Assembly: GCA_051294375.1 (NCBI GenBank)
Contig: CM119269.1
Coordinates: forward strand, 4,980,686 to 5,044,685
Direction of reading: 5' to 3'
From: Paraspadella gotoi
Taxonomy: Eukaryota; Animalia; Chaetognatha
DNA length: 64,000 nt
The notes under the pieces are model-generated. The model was not told where the DNA came from. It saw only the letters and a program-made list of their open reading frames with translations, and searched no databases. The translations under genes and the position numbers were made by a program. Shown in pieces: positions 25,741 to 37,961 of the stretch. Each line of letters starts with the position of its first letter. Positions within the stretch are counted from its first letter, which is position 1.

Positions 25741-25956
25741 CTTCTCTCCTCTCTCTTCTCGTCTCTCTCTCCGCTCTCTCCCTCTCCCTTGCTCTCGGTT
25801 CCCCAGCGGCGGTTCTTTTTCATACCTCCGGCCATAAAATAAGCGGAGATTGGACCCATCATTCCAGGGCCAAGGCTTTAGGATTTAAGGCGTCATGTTC
25901 GACCGGAAATTTATCGCCTTATTTACAATATCGCAGGGAGCCAGTAAAGATAATTT
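17971..25956. repeat. Large inverted duplication: 17971-20572 (+) vs 23125-25956 (-)
   Basis: For example atcgtaaggaagatgagt at 18073 is the reverse complement of 25641-25658. The arms are colinear over about 2.6 kb and differ mainly by single-base indels. Confidence 0.92.
20580..22965 (-). CDS. Class A GPCR, colinear minus copy (TM1 to ICL3), truncated before TM6, many frameshifts
   Basis: Exons in natural order: TM1 about 22965-22803, TM2-TM3 about 22550-22343, ICL2-TM4 about 22194-22068, ECL2 about 21820-21737, TM5-ICL3 about 21309-20580. Each is the reverse complement of a plus-copy block. Confidence 0.75.
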
Positions 25957-26099
25957 TCTTCGTCTTGACCTCGCCTTTTTTTTTTTTCTTCGAATCGCTT
26001 AAAGTAAAAAACGCAGGGGAGGATACGAAGAACGAGAGAGAGATAATGAGAGAAGAGNNNNNNNNNNNNNNNNNNNNNNNNNAAAGAGGGAGAGATAGA

Positions 26100-26300
26100 A
26101 AAGCCTCGCGCCGACGCGTCGGGAGAGTCGCGCTCCGCTAATGCGTTTTTCCTTTAAAAACGACGAAGCAGAGTTTCGCACGTGCGCGCACGAGATTTCA
26201 CTTCCGCAAGCGACGAATGTGCATGTAAAAAAAAGAATGCGCACGCGTAGTTTCTTGGTGCGCGGAAGTCGCAACGTGTTGCGCGTCGACGCGCACTATT
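26100..26300. promoter_or_regulatory. CpG-rich promoter-like region
   Basis: Dense CpG/GCGC in an AT-rich background, with an E-box CACGTG, ETS-like CGGAAGT motifs on both strands and NRF1-like TGCGCACGCG. Confidence 0.4.
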
Positions 26301-26578
26301 GTAGGACTTAGGAAATATTCTTGAATGCATTTCTCTTCATAATTTGAATCTAGGGTTATGTATATTGTATATTGTATATTGTATAATATTTCAAATATTT
26401 GAAGACGAAGAAAAATTCCGTAAAGAGTTCATTCACCCGAACTCCCGTAATTTACAAACACACGCAGGTTCCGATTTACATGTATCGCACGTTTCCTCTC
26501 GCTCCATTTCCTCTCTCTCTCTCTCTCTATTGTTGGCTTTTTTTTTTTATTTGAACCTTGATTTATATATTAAAAGCT

Positions 26579-26618
<40 letters not shown>

Positions 26619-26741
26619 GTTTCCGCTCTCTCGCCTCCTTCGCTCGGAAAATCGGCGCGTCAGTGACAGAAGAGACTTCGAGTTCACCCGTTCGGTTAAT
26701 TGACGAATAAATAAATAAATGTTTATTTCTACTCGACATCC

Positions 26742-26857
<116 letters not shown>

Positions 26858-27169
26858 AGCGTAACTCGATTTACTTCGGTGAGCAGGAAGTGAGGAGAGA
26901 GAAGAGTCAGTGAGAACGAGAGTGTTTAATTTCCTCCTAAGAGATTGGGTTTTGTGTAAATATTCAATTCAAGTTAATACGTACTTATTTTATAAAAAGA
27001 AAAAAAGAAAAAATAAAATGAATAAGAAAAGAAAAAAGAAAAGAAAAAGAAAACAAGATAACAGTCGGTCTAACTTCACAGCGCGAACGACGTCGGAAAA
27101 AAAACAACTCCCCACTCGTCTCGCACCAGATGATGGTTAAACCCCAACAGCAGCCTCATTTTCCGCCTT

Positions 27170-27406
27170 CCCTTCGCCAATTAGGGAGGCTTCGAAGGTC
27201 GTCCGCGGGAAATTCGAATTCTCGCACTCTGATTGGTCCAAAGACCGGCGCGATTCTCAAAGACATCCCCGGACTCTGATTAGTCGAATGAGAAGCGAGA
27301 GATGCCCGATTGGACGACCGAACCCCCGGAGTTGCCGTCTCCATCCTTCATTGGCTGGTTAGGTCTCCCCTCACCTTCGAAAGCTTCGCCTCGAAATAGA
27401 GAGAGC

Positions 27407-27445
<39 letters not shown>

Positions 27446-27550
27446 ACGAAGAAAGAGCCAGATAGAGAGCGAGAGAGCGAGTTACGTACATTCGGCTACA
27501 ATTTTTTTTTCCTCTCGCAATAGAAAGAAACTCGTTTTCTCGTCCAATGA
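27170..27550. promoter_or_regulatory. Cluster of CCAAT boxes with an E2F-like site
   Basis: CCAAT/ATTGG at 27177, 27232, 27309, 27350 and 27544, plus a degenerate ctctgattag near 27279. CGCGGGAAA at about 27204 is followed by TTCGAA. Confidence 0.4.
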
Positions 27551-27787
27551 GAACGAAAGCCTGTCGCCGGAGAGAGGGAGGCAATGTGGGGCCGGAGGGG
27601 TGGGAGGCAGTGTAGCGTCACCTCCTTCGTTGACGATTCAATTTCGAAAGAGAGTTAAATTGTCTCGGGGCTCATTATCTTTTTTCGGTTATACAGTAGT
27701 AGTAGATAAAGGTGGGTGTTGGAAGCGTGGCCCCGTTTAAAATTAAATTCGAAATTTGGTTAATTTTTTTAGTTATGGATTATGAAA

Positions 27788-27925
27788 AAGATTAGGGTAA
27801 TGGATTAAGTTAATGCGGTTACGGACTAGGTTAATATTTAGAGTTAGGGATTAGGGCTTTGGATTAAGGTTAAGGGTTAAGGATTAGGGTTAAAAATCAG
27901 GGATAAAGGTATATGGTTAGGGACT
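27788..27925 (+). repeat. Degenerate TTAGGG-like interstitial repeat
   Basis: Several ttaggg/ttaagg/ggttag units. Confidence 0.55.
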
Positions 27926-28567
27926 CCCTCGTTAAGGATTGGGTTATCAGTTCAAAAATAAGTTAATATGTTAAATTTTGAGGTTGAAAATTATTTCCAG
28001 GATAAAGAGAAAAGAGAGAGAGATAAGAGAGAGCCGGAAGCGTTTTGTTTTTTCAATCCATTTGTCTGAAAGTATTATCAATACCACTCACAACAGAAAG
28101 CTTCAAAGAGTATTAAAAAGATAAATTTTGATTAGAATTAATAATGAGAAATAAGTAAATTAGACATTGAGTTAATGGTTATTTTATTTCTCACTGCGTC
28201 AAAACCTCGCGATGTAAAAAAAAGGTTTAAATAAAAACGAAGAAGGCGAAAACCTTCTGTTACGCAATTTTAAACACGCGGTCCACCTTAGAAACTAAAA
28301 GATCGTATCACGGGCTCATTATAATAAATCTACGTCTCATGTAATTATATTTTATCGCAGTTTTATTTTCGCTCAGTAAACCGAGATAGTTGAAGGGTAA
28401 GGGATCGCGAAAGAGGGTGAGGTTGCGGTGTCAGACGGAGTCACGCTNNNNNNNNNNGTGACGTGACGGTCCATGGCGACGGGGACGTGATTGATTTGCG
28501 CTCGTGACGCATCGCCGTCAAAGTGAAACAAACGTCGCGCTCGTTCAGATTCAACTTTTTTTTTTTT

Positions 28568-28836
28568 NNNNNNNNNNNNNNNNNNNNNNNNNNNNNNNNN
28601 NNNNNNNNNNNNNNNNNNNNNNNNNNNNNNNNNNNNNNNNNNNNNNNNNNNNNNNNNNNNNNNNNNNNNNNNNNNNNNNNNNNNNNNNNNNNNNNNNNNN
28701 NNNNNNNNNNNNNNNNNNNNNNNNNNNNNNNNNNNNNNNNNNNNNNNNNNNNNNNNNNNNNNNNNNNNNNNNNNNNNNNNNNNNNNNNNNNNNNNNNNNN
28801 NNNNNNNNNNNNNNNNNNNNNNNNNNNNNNNNNNNN
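28568..28836. other. Assembly gap
   Basis: Run of N. Confidence 1.
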
Positions 28837-29743
28837 CCGCCTCCATGGCCGCCTCCATTTACTTCTTCGTCTCCTTCTTTCCTCGCGCGTCTTCTTCTTC
28901 TTTCTCTATTTATTCTCCTTGTCTCCTTCTCGCCGGGCCACGCTTCTTTTCTCGATTTCTCCACTTTTCTCCGCTTTGTTCTTCTTTCTTTTGCCTTCCT
29001 CCTTTTCTCCTTTTTCTCTTTCCTTTTTTTTCCTCCTGCTTCCTCCACACGCAGGTTCGTTAATCTTCCGCGCGTTCTTTTTTTTTTTTTTTTGAATCTG
29101 AGTTTAAACGAATTTTACTCAATTATACTCTGGGCTTTTGTACGTAGGAGTTTTAAATTTGCTTTCATTTGGCGCCCACTTCTTTACAATCAATTATTAT
29201 TCGATTACTTCCTGGAGTAAAAGTCACCAATTAGTTTCCACTTTGTAAATCAGTTTATTTTAGTCCTAGTTATAGTGAAGATAATAAAAAAAATGAAATT
29301 ACCATAGCTTTGAAATGGCATTCGGCGATGAAATGTGCTAACTTTGAATGCTCGTGAGAGTCATTATTTCCCTTATTTTGCAAGTATTTTGTCACGCGAA
29401 ACTCGACAGAAACTGATTCTCTCATTTGTCAACTAAGTAATTAATTGATTTTCACTTTCGTCGCTAAAGTCTCATTTAGCGAAAGCCTCATTAATTATAA
29501 ATTTTCATGCGAATTTCTCATCCAAAGGTAATGATAAACGTTTAATATTTTTAACAAAGCCTTTAAATTAATAAACAATAATTCTTTATACAGAAAATTA
29601 AACGATAAGTTTAATAATTATTTAGTGCTATATCCTCTTTTAGTGTAACATAAGGTTTTCAATGAAATCATTAACTAAATTACTAAATCATTATACCGAC
29701 CAAACTTACTTCTCGCCCGTTCACGAGACTTAAGTTCCCTTCA

Positions 29744-29993
29744 GAGTCAACAGCTTGGACAGCCGCAGGAACAGCAATGGTATCTTCACCGGAAGGGAGG
29801 CCAGCCGCAGCAGCATCAGCGCCGGCGCCCACAACGGCAGCAGCAGGACGCGGCAGAGCAGCGCGAGGAATTTGGGAAGCAGAAAAAGAAGCCCGAAGAA
29901 TAACGCCGATAATCTTAAAAATTTATATATTTTTTTTTTACTCGGGATCATTTTGGGGTCAAGTAGTTAAAGAATTTTTATGATCCTTCGCCG
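29744..29993 (+). CDS. Candidate isolated coding exon, product unknown
   Basis: GC-rich island between ttcccttcag| and |gtgagt. Open frame RVNSLDSRRNSNGIFTGREASRSSISAGAHNGSSRTRQSSARNLGSRKRSPKNN...LYIFFLLGII. No domain recognised. Confidence 0.3.
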
Positions 29994-32900
29994 GTGAGTC
30001 TCCTAAAATTATTAGGAATTAGAAAGGAAATTAGTGAAGAAATTTAAAAGCCTTTCTGTGGCCACGAATTAGCATAAATCATAAAACTATCTTTAATATA
30101 TCTTTATCCAAATAAAGCCTTGAGTCGAAAAAGATTAGCCCTCTAAATTTATAAAAGTGGTTAAGTGTCAAGAACCGTCGGCATTCTTCAATTCTTCATC
30201 ATGGTCCCGACCGACCGACCGAGCAACGGACAGACCGACCGAGCAACGGATAGACTGACCGACCGATAAAACGAACAATCACCGAACAAGAATGCCGTGA
30301 GAAGCCTCCGCTGGAAGCCGAAGGACGAAGACGAAGAGAAAGGCTAAGCGGCGAACGACGTTGAGAGAGACGACGACGATCGCGACGAAAGCATAAATCA
30401 TAACCACATCTTTCGTTTCGGGGAAAAGCGTCTTTTGTTTCGAATTCTCGTCGGTAGGGGGTTGATATAAGTCTATGGGGNNNNNNNNNNNNNNNNNNNN
30501 NNNNNCAACAATAACAACGAAACTCGAGGTTCCTACTCGTCATTTTCGTTCTCAACAGCCTTCGTAATTCATTAAGCATCTCTCCTCTCCCCCTCCCGTC
30601 CCCAGTCCCTAGTCCCCCTTCTCCTCTACACTACCCCCCTCTCTCCCCCAGCCCCGCCTACCCTTAAACCCCCACCCCCCCCACTCCCCCCCACCCTCAA
30701 ATCCAATCCAAGAAATTCCCCCCTCTTCAATATCCTTACCCGAGGGCCATAGACTACGAGAAAAGTCTTTGCATTTTTCTACCATCTTTATTAAATTTTC
30801 TCTCTCTCTCAAGGGTCCAGCTTCGCACTAATCTACCTCATCGTCTTCACTCTTCTTTGGGTTCTTATATCTCTTCAAACTCTCATCAATTAGTCTCTCT
30901 CCATCCTCTCTCAACTCATCAGTCTATCATCTCTCTCTCTCATCTTTCTACTCTATCTCTCGTCCACTCTTTCTCTCAATATTCTATCCCCTTTTTCTTC
31001 AACGACAGAAAAGTCGACTTCCCGAAGCCTGCGACCCAGAGCCACGCTCCCTGATCGCCCGCTGCTTCTTACCATCTCTCCACTGCCCAAAAGAATCTAT
31101 CATACAGCTCTGCTCGCTCCCGTAGGTCGTCTATTTATGCTGGAATCTAGCTAATGCTAGCTAGCAAGCCTCTTTCTCAGGAAAACTATGCTTTCGCTCG
31201 TTTCCCCTATCTGTTAGTCCCTAACTAAAGCACATCTATTGGGAAAGCTATTATATATAAATATTCTCTTTTTTCTAACAAACCGATTTGAACAATTCTA
31301 GAACCTCATGGGATAGAAAACGTCACAAACGCAGATAATGAAACCATTATGTAATTAAAACAAAATTTTAGACTCATGCTAGTACCTCTCGCGTTGATGC
31401 TCTACACACACTAAATAAAAACTTCACAAACAGTCGCTATATGCCTCCGACCTGCACTTCCACCGCTTTGGCTCTAGTCACAATAAATTCTTCTCTTTCT
31501 AAAACGTCATAATCTCTCTTCTCTCATTTCGCTTTTGTCCATTTGAGGTTTTCACATAACTGTTCTTTGTTAAATTGATCTATTTTACGCCCAAACGTTT
31601 AATAATCCCGTTAATTGAGAACTTTGCTTAATTTCACATCATATTCCAGAGCCGGTACTTAACCTACCGAGAGCGTACTAAAACTTCTACCCTACTTATC
31701 ACACGTACCAGTCATTAGATAGAGAGAGTAAGAAATCAGAGAAAGCACTCAAGTAAAAACTTCTTCGAGCGGGTCTCTAAAAGCTTACTTTCAATACATA
31801 GCGCAAATGCCACTTAATTAGTAAACCACATATTACGTATCACACACACAATATTACCCGAATTAATAAACATCACTTCTATGCAATACGAATCACATCA
31901 TTGATCAATTTCTAACTTTACTATCACTTTTAGGACGCGTTATGCGCGTCACGTGTTTAAAGATAAAGGTTACCGCTTTCTGCTCTTGCACCTTCTCCAT
32001 TACACTATTTTAGTTCCTATCACAGCTTAGGTTTCACTCACTACTACACACTTTATCTTTTTGTTTTCATATCCTTCTTTGTGTATGCTCGCGATGAAAC
32101 AGCGCGAGTCGGTCTTCAACTAAAAGAGCATCTGAGAGTTATAAAAGTCTGCCTCTCTGATGTTAGGAGATCATGCTTTTAATTCTTCTATCTTTTCTTT
32201 TTTTTTTTCTCTCTTATACAAAATAGGGCGGTCTGTAAAAGGTATCTTCATTACATTGTATCCCCTGATTCTATTCACCTTTTCTTTTCAATGTCCTCAA
32301 TTTCTCGATTTAAACTGTATCAGTCGTCATCTGATTTCTGTAAATGGATACCTCGAAAGCTCTCCAGTAACATTTCATCATGCACTGGTATATATAGCCC
32401 TTCCTAAACTTTTATGCTTATTCTCTGCGGAACTTTATTTTTTTTTTCAATTCTTTTCTTGAAGCTTTATTCACTTCCTATTATTTCTCACAATTTAATA
32501 CCCTACACACTTTTCACATAGTGTCCTAGGACAATACATTTGTTAATGTTAGAAATTAAATTAATTATCCTGTGAAAAAAATTCAAGCGTAAAGTCTTTA
32601 ATGTCTTATTAATACTAAATTATTACTTTATCCATCCTACCATTCATATTAAAATAGACAATATAAATCATTATTAGCTTTCCGGTCAATAAACCATAAT
32701 CGTTAACACGAGTAGTGCTGGTCTCTGTTTCTTAAACGCAAAACCAGGAGATTTTTAAAATATCAAATTTGGCATAAGAGCAAATAAATTTAGACAAATT
32801 CAACGCTGATAAGAATTCACCGCATTTACGACAGTTTTCCACTAAAACGGTGAAACGAACCGAGATCTACTAACACTAAGGCCTGCATGAATTTTGCATC

Positions 32901-34326
32901 TGTGTAATCCGGACTTGATAGCCTCGGAATAATAGTAACGAAGAACAAACAATGCGCAACGAAATATATCATTAACGAGAATCTTCTCAAACCAAAAACT
33001 GCTTGGCGAATCAGGATGGCTAATAGGCCACCAGGGCCTAAGGTTATTTGAGAAACGGATGTTCGTTAGAAGGTCTAGAGATGAACAAGCGATTCTTAAC
33101 AGTGCGGTGACCTTCTCTCTCGATCAATCTCCCGATAGGATCTTTACATTACTCCTTCTCTCTCCTGTCTCTCCAGTTCTCAAACGATTCCAACGATTCT
33201 TGTCTGCTGTTACAAATTTAATTCAAAATAACTCTTCTCACTAATCATCTCTAACATACCTAGCATATATATCTCCACGTCTGCTTGACGTAAACAAAAA
33301 ACCGCTAAAACCTATGTCCAAAACCAAACAAAATAAAAAGGGTCGAAAAACAAGAACTTTCTTTTGCTATGGAAAAAAAAGACCACGAAATTAAAATATC
33401 CAAAAATTTTATAGCTGAAGAAAAAGTCATCGTCTGTACCGTCTTAATAAACGTCGTCGTCGCCGACTTGGCCACGATGGCGACACACAGAGTGAGTCTA
33501 TCAGTCTGATGACGTCTTCTCGCTTGGTTTGTCTTATGTTATTTGATATCCCGGTTTAAACGGAAGTTGTAAAACTACGCACGAAGTAGCTGATTGCAGT
33601 CGGTGGCGGGAGCGACACCGAGCGGTAGTGCTAGCTCAGGCAGGGACGAAAGAGCCGAGAGAAACGATGGGGTACTTTATCTACTAGCGTAAACGGCCGC
33701 CACCGATGCCAGATCCAGCGACTAGCTGAATATAGAGAAATTGCGTAGGAGACGACTATATCGAGACTATTAATCACATATATTATGACGAAGAGAACAA
33801 CACGCGTGGGATCGTATTATAAACGAGAGGTACATGAAATTAATCTGGCGACAAGGATTACGACAGCCGGGAATAGTATCGCTTATTCAGGACGTTCCAC
33901 GCCAGAGCAGTAGAAGGCCGAAGAACCGAGGAGCAAGAATCTATAAAGAATCTAACGGCATCCCCGAGAGAACATTTTCGCCATCAACTCGCGGACCTAG
34001 ATCGAGCGATTGGCGTCAGGGTGAGGATTCCTGGCGGGAAGACGAGATTTAGTCGCCGTCCGTCCGTCGGTCGGGAAAGAAATTCGTCTCGCGCTTCGGA
34101 AAAATCTTAGTTATATATACAGTTCGATCATTGCGCTTGCAGTTCGAAAGAAGAACAATAAATAAAAATTACCTGTAGATTTAGTTATAACGGCGTTTAA
34201 AAAAATGACCGAACAACGTAAATGACAGAAGTTGGGTGTAGAACCATGAAGAATAAAATCGTTGAAATGATTTGTTTTGAACGAAGCCAAACTCTAGCCA
34301 CAAAAACGAAAAAAACCCAGGTCGAT

Positions 34327-35495
34327 ATGAACTCCAGATTGCCCGGATTAACGGTCCCATCCACACCCCTTCCCCTTCAGTCGACCGATTTCCTCCACAC
34401 GCGACAATAAACTCCGACTTCCCCGCGGGCTTCGCCTCCAACCACCCTTTGCCATCGCCGGAACTTCGACGTCGGCAAAGAGAAGTGGATGCACGATGCG
34501 TTGGGCTGCCGGGCAGGATGCGGAGGCTTTCGTCAATAAGCACGGGTGCCGGGTAAGCGAGGGGGGGAGGAAATGGCGTGGGGGTTAGAGGCCATTGTGA
34601 TTTTTTGATTTTAATGGACTTTTTGGGCGGAGGTTGAGGAGAGAAATATTTGGTCTGTTTGATTAAAAATGGCCGAATATTGTTTAGGTAATTTGATTAT
34701 TGAAATAAAATAAATTTCATATTTGTTTTTTTCTTTCTTTATTGTCTTCGGTTTCGTTTGTTTGTTTTATTTATTTATTAGTCAGTTTCGTTTTTTTCCT
34801 TTCTTACCATTTTACCCCCTACCCTCCCAAGGTAGCTACATCGTCGGCCCTCCAAGACTCAACCGAAAACTTCGTATCTCCATCATGCCGGTCTCACTCC
34901 ATCGTCCACGTCCCCATCAAATCGGACAAAGACAATCGCTACAGCTGGACGGCGCCACCCACAAACATGGCGATCTCCGCTTCCCTCGTGGCCAATTGCC
35001 AGCAAGGGCCATGATCCAAAAACGCCTTGGGCTTCGTGCCGCTCCGTTCCTCTGCCCAACACCGCCTTCCTAGCCTCGAGGCGGCCGAGGTTGGCGTCGA
35101 AGTTGGCAAACTGGGCGGCGTCGGCTTTTTCGCCAGTTTCGAGATCTGGCGTTAGAGGACTACGCCGGAATCTCTACGACGAGGCGGGACGAGAGGGAAC
35201 AAGTTGAAGAACCGCTACAAAACATCTTGCCTTTCGATCAGACCAGAGTTATTCCTGCGGCAAAGCGGCAGCGGCGGAGGGTGGATACATCAACGCCAGT
35301 CGCGTCAACCGCCAATGGGCAATCCCTTCCACGATACGCCGTGAAACGAGGCGGCGCCGCCCCCCCGGTGTTACGTGGCGGCACAGGGGCCGCTGGTCAG
35401 AACTGAGGTGACTTTTGGCGGATGATCGTCCAGGAGAATTCGGGGTCTCGTCATGTTGACGCGGGAAAAGGAAGGGGAGAAGAAAAATGTTCGCG
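34327..35495 (+). CDS. SH2-domain non-receptor protein tyrosine phosphatase (SHP2/PTPN11/corkscrew-like), partial, frameshifted
   Basis: Exon about 34327-34552 ends in KEKWMHDALG..QDAEAFVNKHG (SH2 W-H...AE; GTAAG donor). Exon 34832-35495 reads, across indels, GSYIV(R)PSKTQ.NFV.SI....SIVHVPIKSDKDNRYS (SH2), then NKLKNRYK/NILPFDQTRV, GYINAS, YVAAQGPL, DFWRMIVQENS..LVMLTREKEGE..KC (PTP N-half; GTGAG donor). No WPD or HCSAG exon was found. Confidence 0.85.
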
Positions 35496-36415
35496 GTGAG
35501 GAATGAAGGGGGCGTGGCTGCTTTCGTGCTTTTCGTCGTCGTCGTTTTCGTCGTCGTGGCGATTTGAAACTAATCTGTTTAAAGCCCGTTCATTTTGGAA
35601 AAAAAGTGGGGTTATTATTATCGAATGAATGCAGAGACAAACTAAGGCTATTAAATGATTAAGGGGACTGTGTCTTTTTTTTAATGGCCCTTATTAACTA
35701 ATTTATAGTAATGATGCATCTTTTTTCTCCCATCATGGCCTGAAACTTGGTCTGCTCTACATAAAAACCGTTTTCAAAAAATTTTTACCTCTCATACAGT
35801 GAGATATAAACAGAAAGGTTTTTTTTGCAAAAATATCTTCTTCTTCCACTGGATGACCTGATAAGGTCAAACTTGTATGCATGTTCTTTTAGTCCTTGTC
35901 CTCAAACCCATGCATGGCTTTTTCAAAATTCTCGTCAGTTCTGACACTTGTCCACGCCTCCCACGCTTTCTGCTTAAGAAAAAGAAAACGCCCGAGGAAA
36001 ACAGAGGAGAACTTTAACTAGACTTTAACTATCGCGTGGTCTATTGGCAACCGGAGAAATTGTTATGAACTAACAAACAAGCCCAGTTCGGTCTTCCGAC
36101 CAAGTCCCGCCTCTTCGACCCGTTGGCAATCCTCGATCAAGTTGCAGGGTATTTTTTTTTTTCTTATTCATTTTTACAAAGTATTGTAGTTTATAAAATA
36201 TTTAGAGAACTGAAAATCAGTTTTATCAGTAAAATGTTTTGAATACGGTCGTCGAAAAACCACAACAACAATCTTCCTCTCTCTCTCTCTCTCCTCTCCT
36301 CTTCTCTCTCTCTCTCTCTCTCTCGCTCTCTCTCTCATCCCCTTCGTCTCGCTCCTCTCGCCAATCATTTTTTTTAACGATGACGTTGTGGTTTTTCCCG
36401 TTTCTTTACTTTTCT

Positions 36416-36450
<35 letters not shown>

Positions 36451-37055
36451 CCCCTGGTGAGTCCTGGGCGTCTCTAGGGCGAAATCCGTTTTTCAATAAA
36501 AAGGATAAAATATTTATCGGAATTTTTTTTCCCCGTTCGTCAAGAAAGCGGACTGAAAGGCCGTTTCTGAACGGGAACTTTGGACCGGAACTTCGGTCTC
36601 TTTTTCCCCTTAGAGGTAGCCACGGTTTTTGAGTCTTTGTTGTTGTTGTGAGTTTTCTTTGCTTGACATTGTCATGCAAATGAACGACTGAGGCAAAACT
36701 ACTTCAGAATTTTAAGTAGTTGTAATAATTTAAATATCTCTGCTTAAAATGTAATTCATATTGTTAAAGTTAAAGTTAAAGTTAAAGTTAAAGTTAAAGT
36801 TCTAGGGTAGAAGTAAAACGGTCTGAAATTCATAAACACCGTTTATTAAAAAAAGAAAAAATTATATCGAGTAAAATTTCAATTTTTTTCCTAACTTGTA
36901 AACAATCCATCTATCTATCCATCTATCCATCTATCTGTCTAAAACTCTCCCAGATTTCATTCTCTTCTAAGTTTTTAGTCAAAAAAAAGTTTACGCTCTG
37001 ACGCGTCAAAAAGAAAAAGAGGGCGTGTCTCTCTCTCTCTCTCTCTCTTCTCTCT

Positions 37056-37135
<80 letters not shown>

Positions 37136-37961
37136 CTCTCTCTAAATCTATCTTTCTATCTTTCGCACCCACCTTGACATAATATACAGCGGAATAAGGA
37201 AAGTGAGAATGATCCAGTAATTTCAAATGCGGCTCCGAGGCGCAGCAACCCTCCTGAATGAAAGATGTTCTATGATAAAAGAGAAATAGAGAGAGAAGAG
37301 AGAGAGAGAAGAGAGAGAGAGAGAAAATCACTTTGTTTCATGATTTTTATATTTTTTATTTCTACCATATATATCTTCACGCTGTTAAATTTAACATTCA
37401 AATTAGAATTTATCTTTATGATTAATTCAAAAGTAAAACATGTAAGTCCCTGTCTCGCCTGGCCTGTTTCTCTCTTTATTCAAAAGATGGCGAAACGACC
37501 GCCGGCCGCGGGTTCTTCCAGGTAATTTTTCCCAACAAAAGGGAATCGTAAAACGCCAAATGGAAACGAAGATTATTTTTTCCCGCCTCCGTAACTGCCT
37601 CCATCTTTCTCCACACCTCAATCATAGTTTAATGGATATTTTCTTCGAGTTATCAGCTTACTTTTAAAAACTCAAAGTTACCGATACGAATCTTTATCTT
37701 TGTTTGAATATATTTACCGAGAATTGATTTTAAATTTAATTATAGACGAATATATTTATTTTACGGAATCCCATAGTAGTTCCGTAGCTTCATTGGCAGT
37801 ATCAACATGCCGAAGAGGACGAGGAGGCCAAAGATTGGGCAACACTGAAAATAGAAAGAGGTGACCACAAACTCGTTTCGCTATCTCTCTCTCTCTCTTT
37901 TCCTTCTTTTTTTTTTTTTCATTTATTTTTTTTGACCCAGGGCTTACAGCTTGTTTGATGA

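Noticed and set aside
27788-27925. True telomere or telomere-addition site
   Set aside because: Too degenerate and short; such TTAGGG-like tracts are common inside invertebrate repeats.
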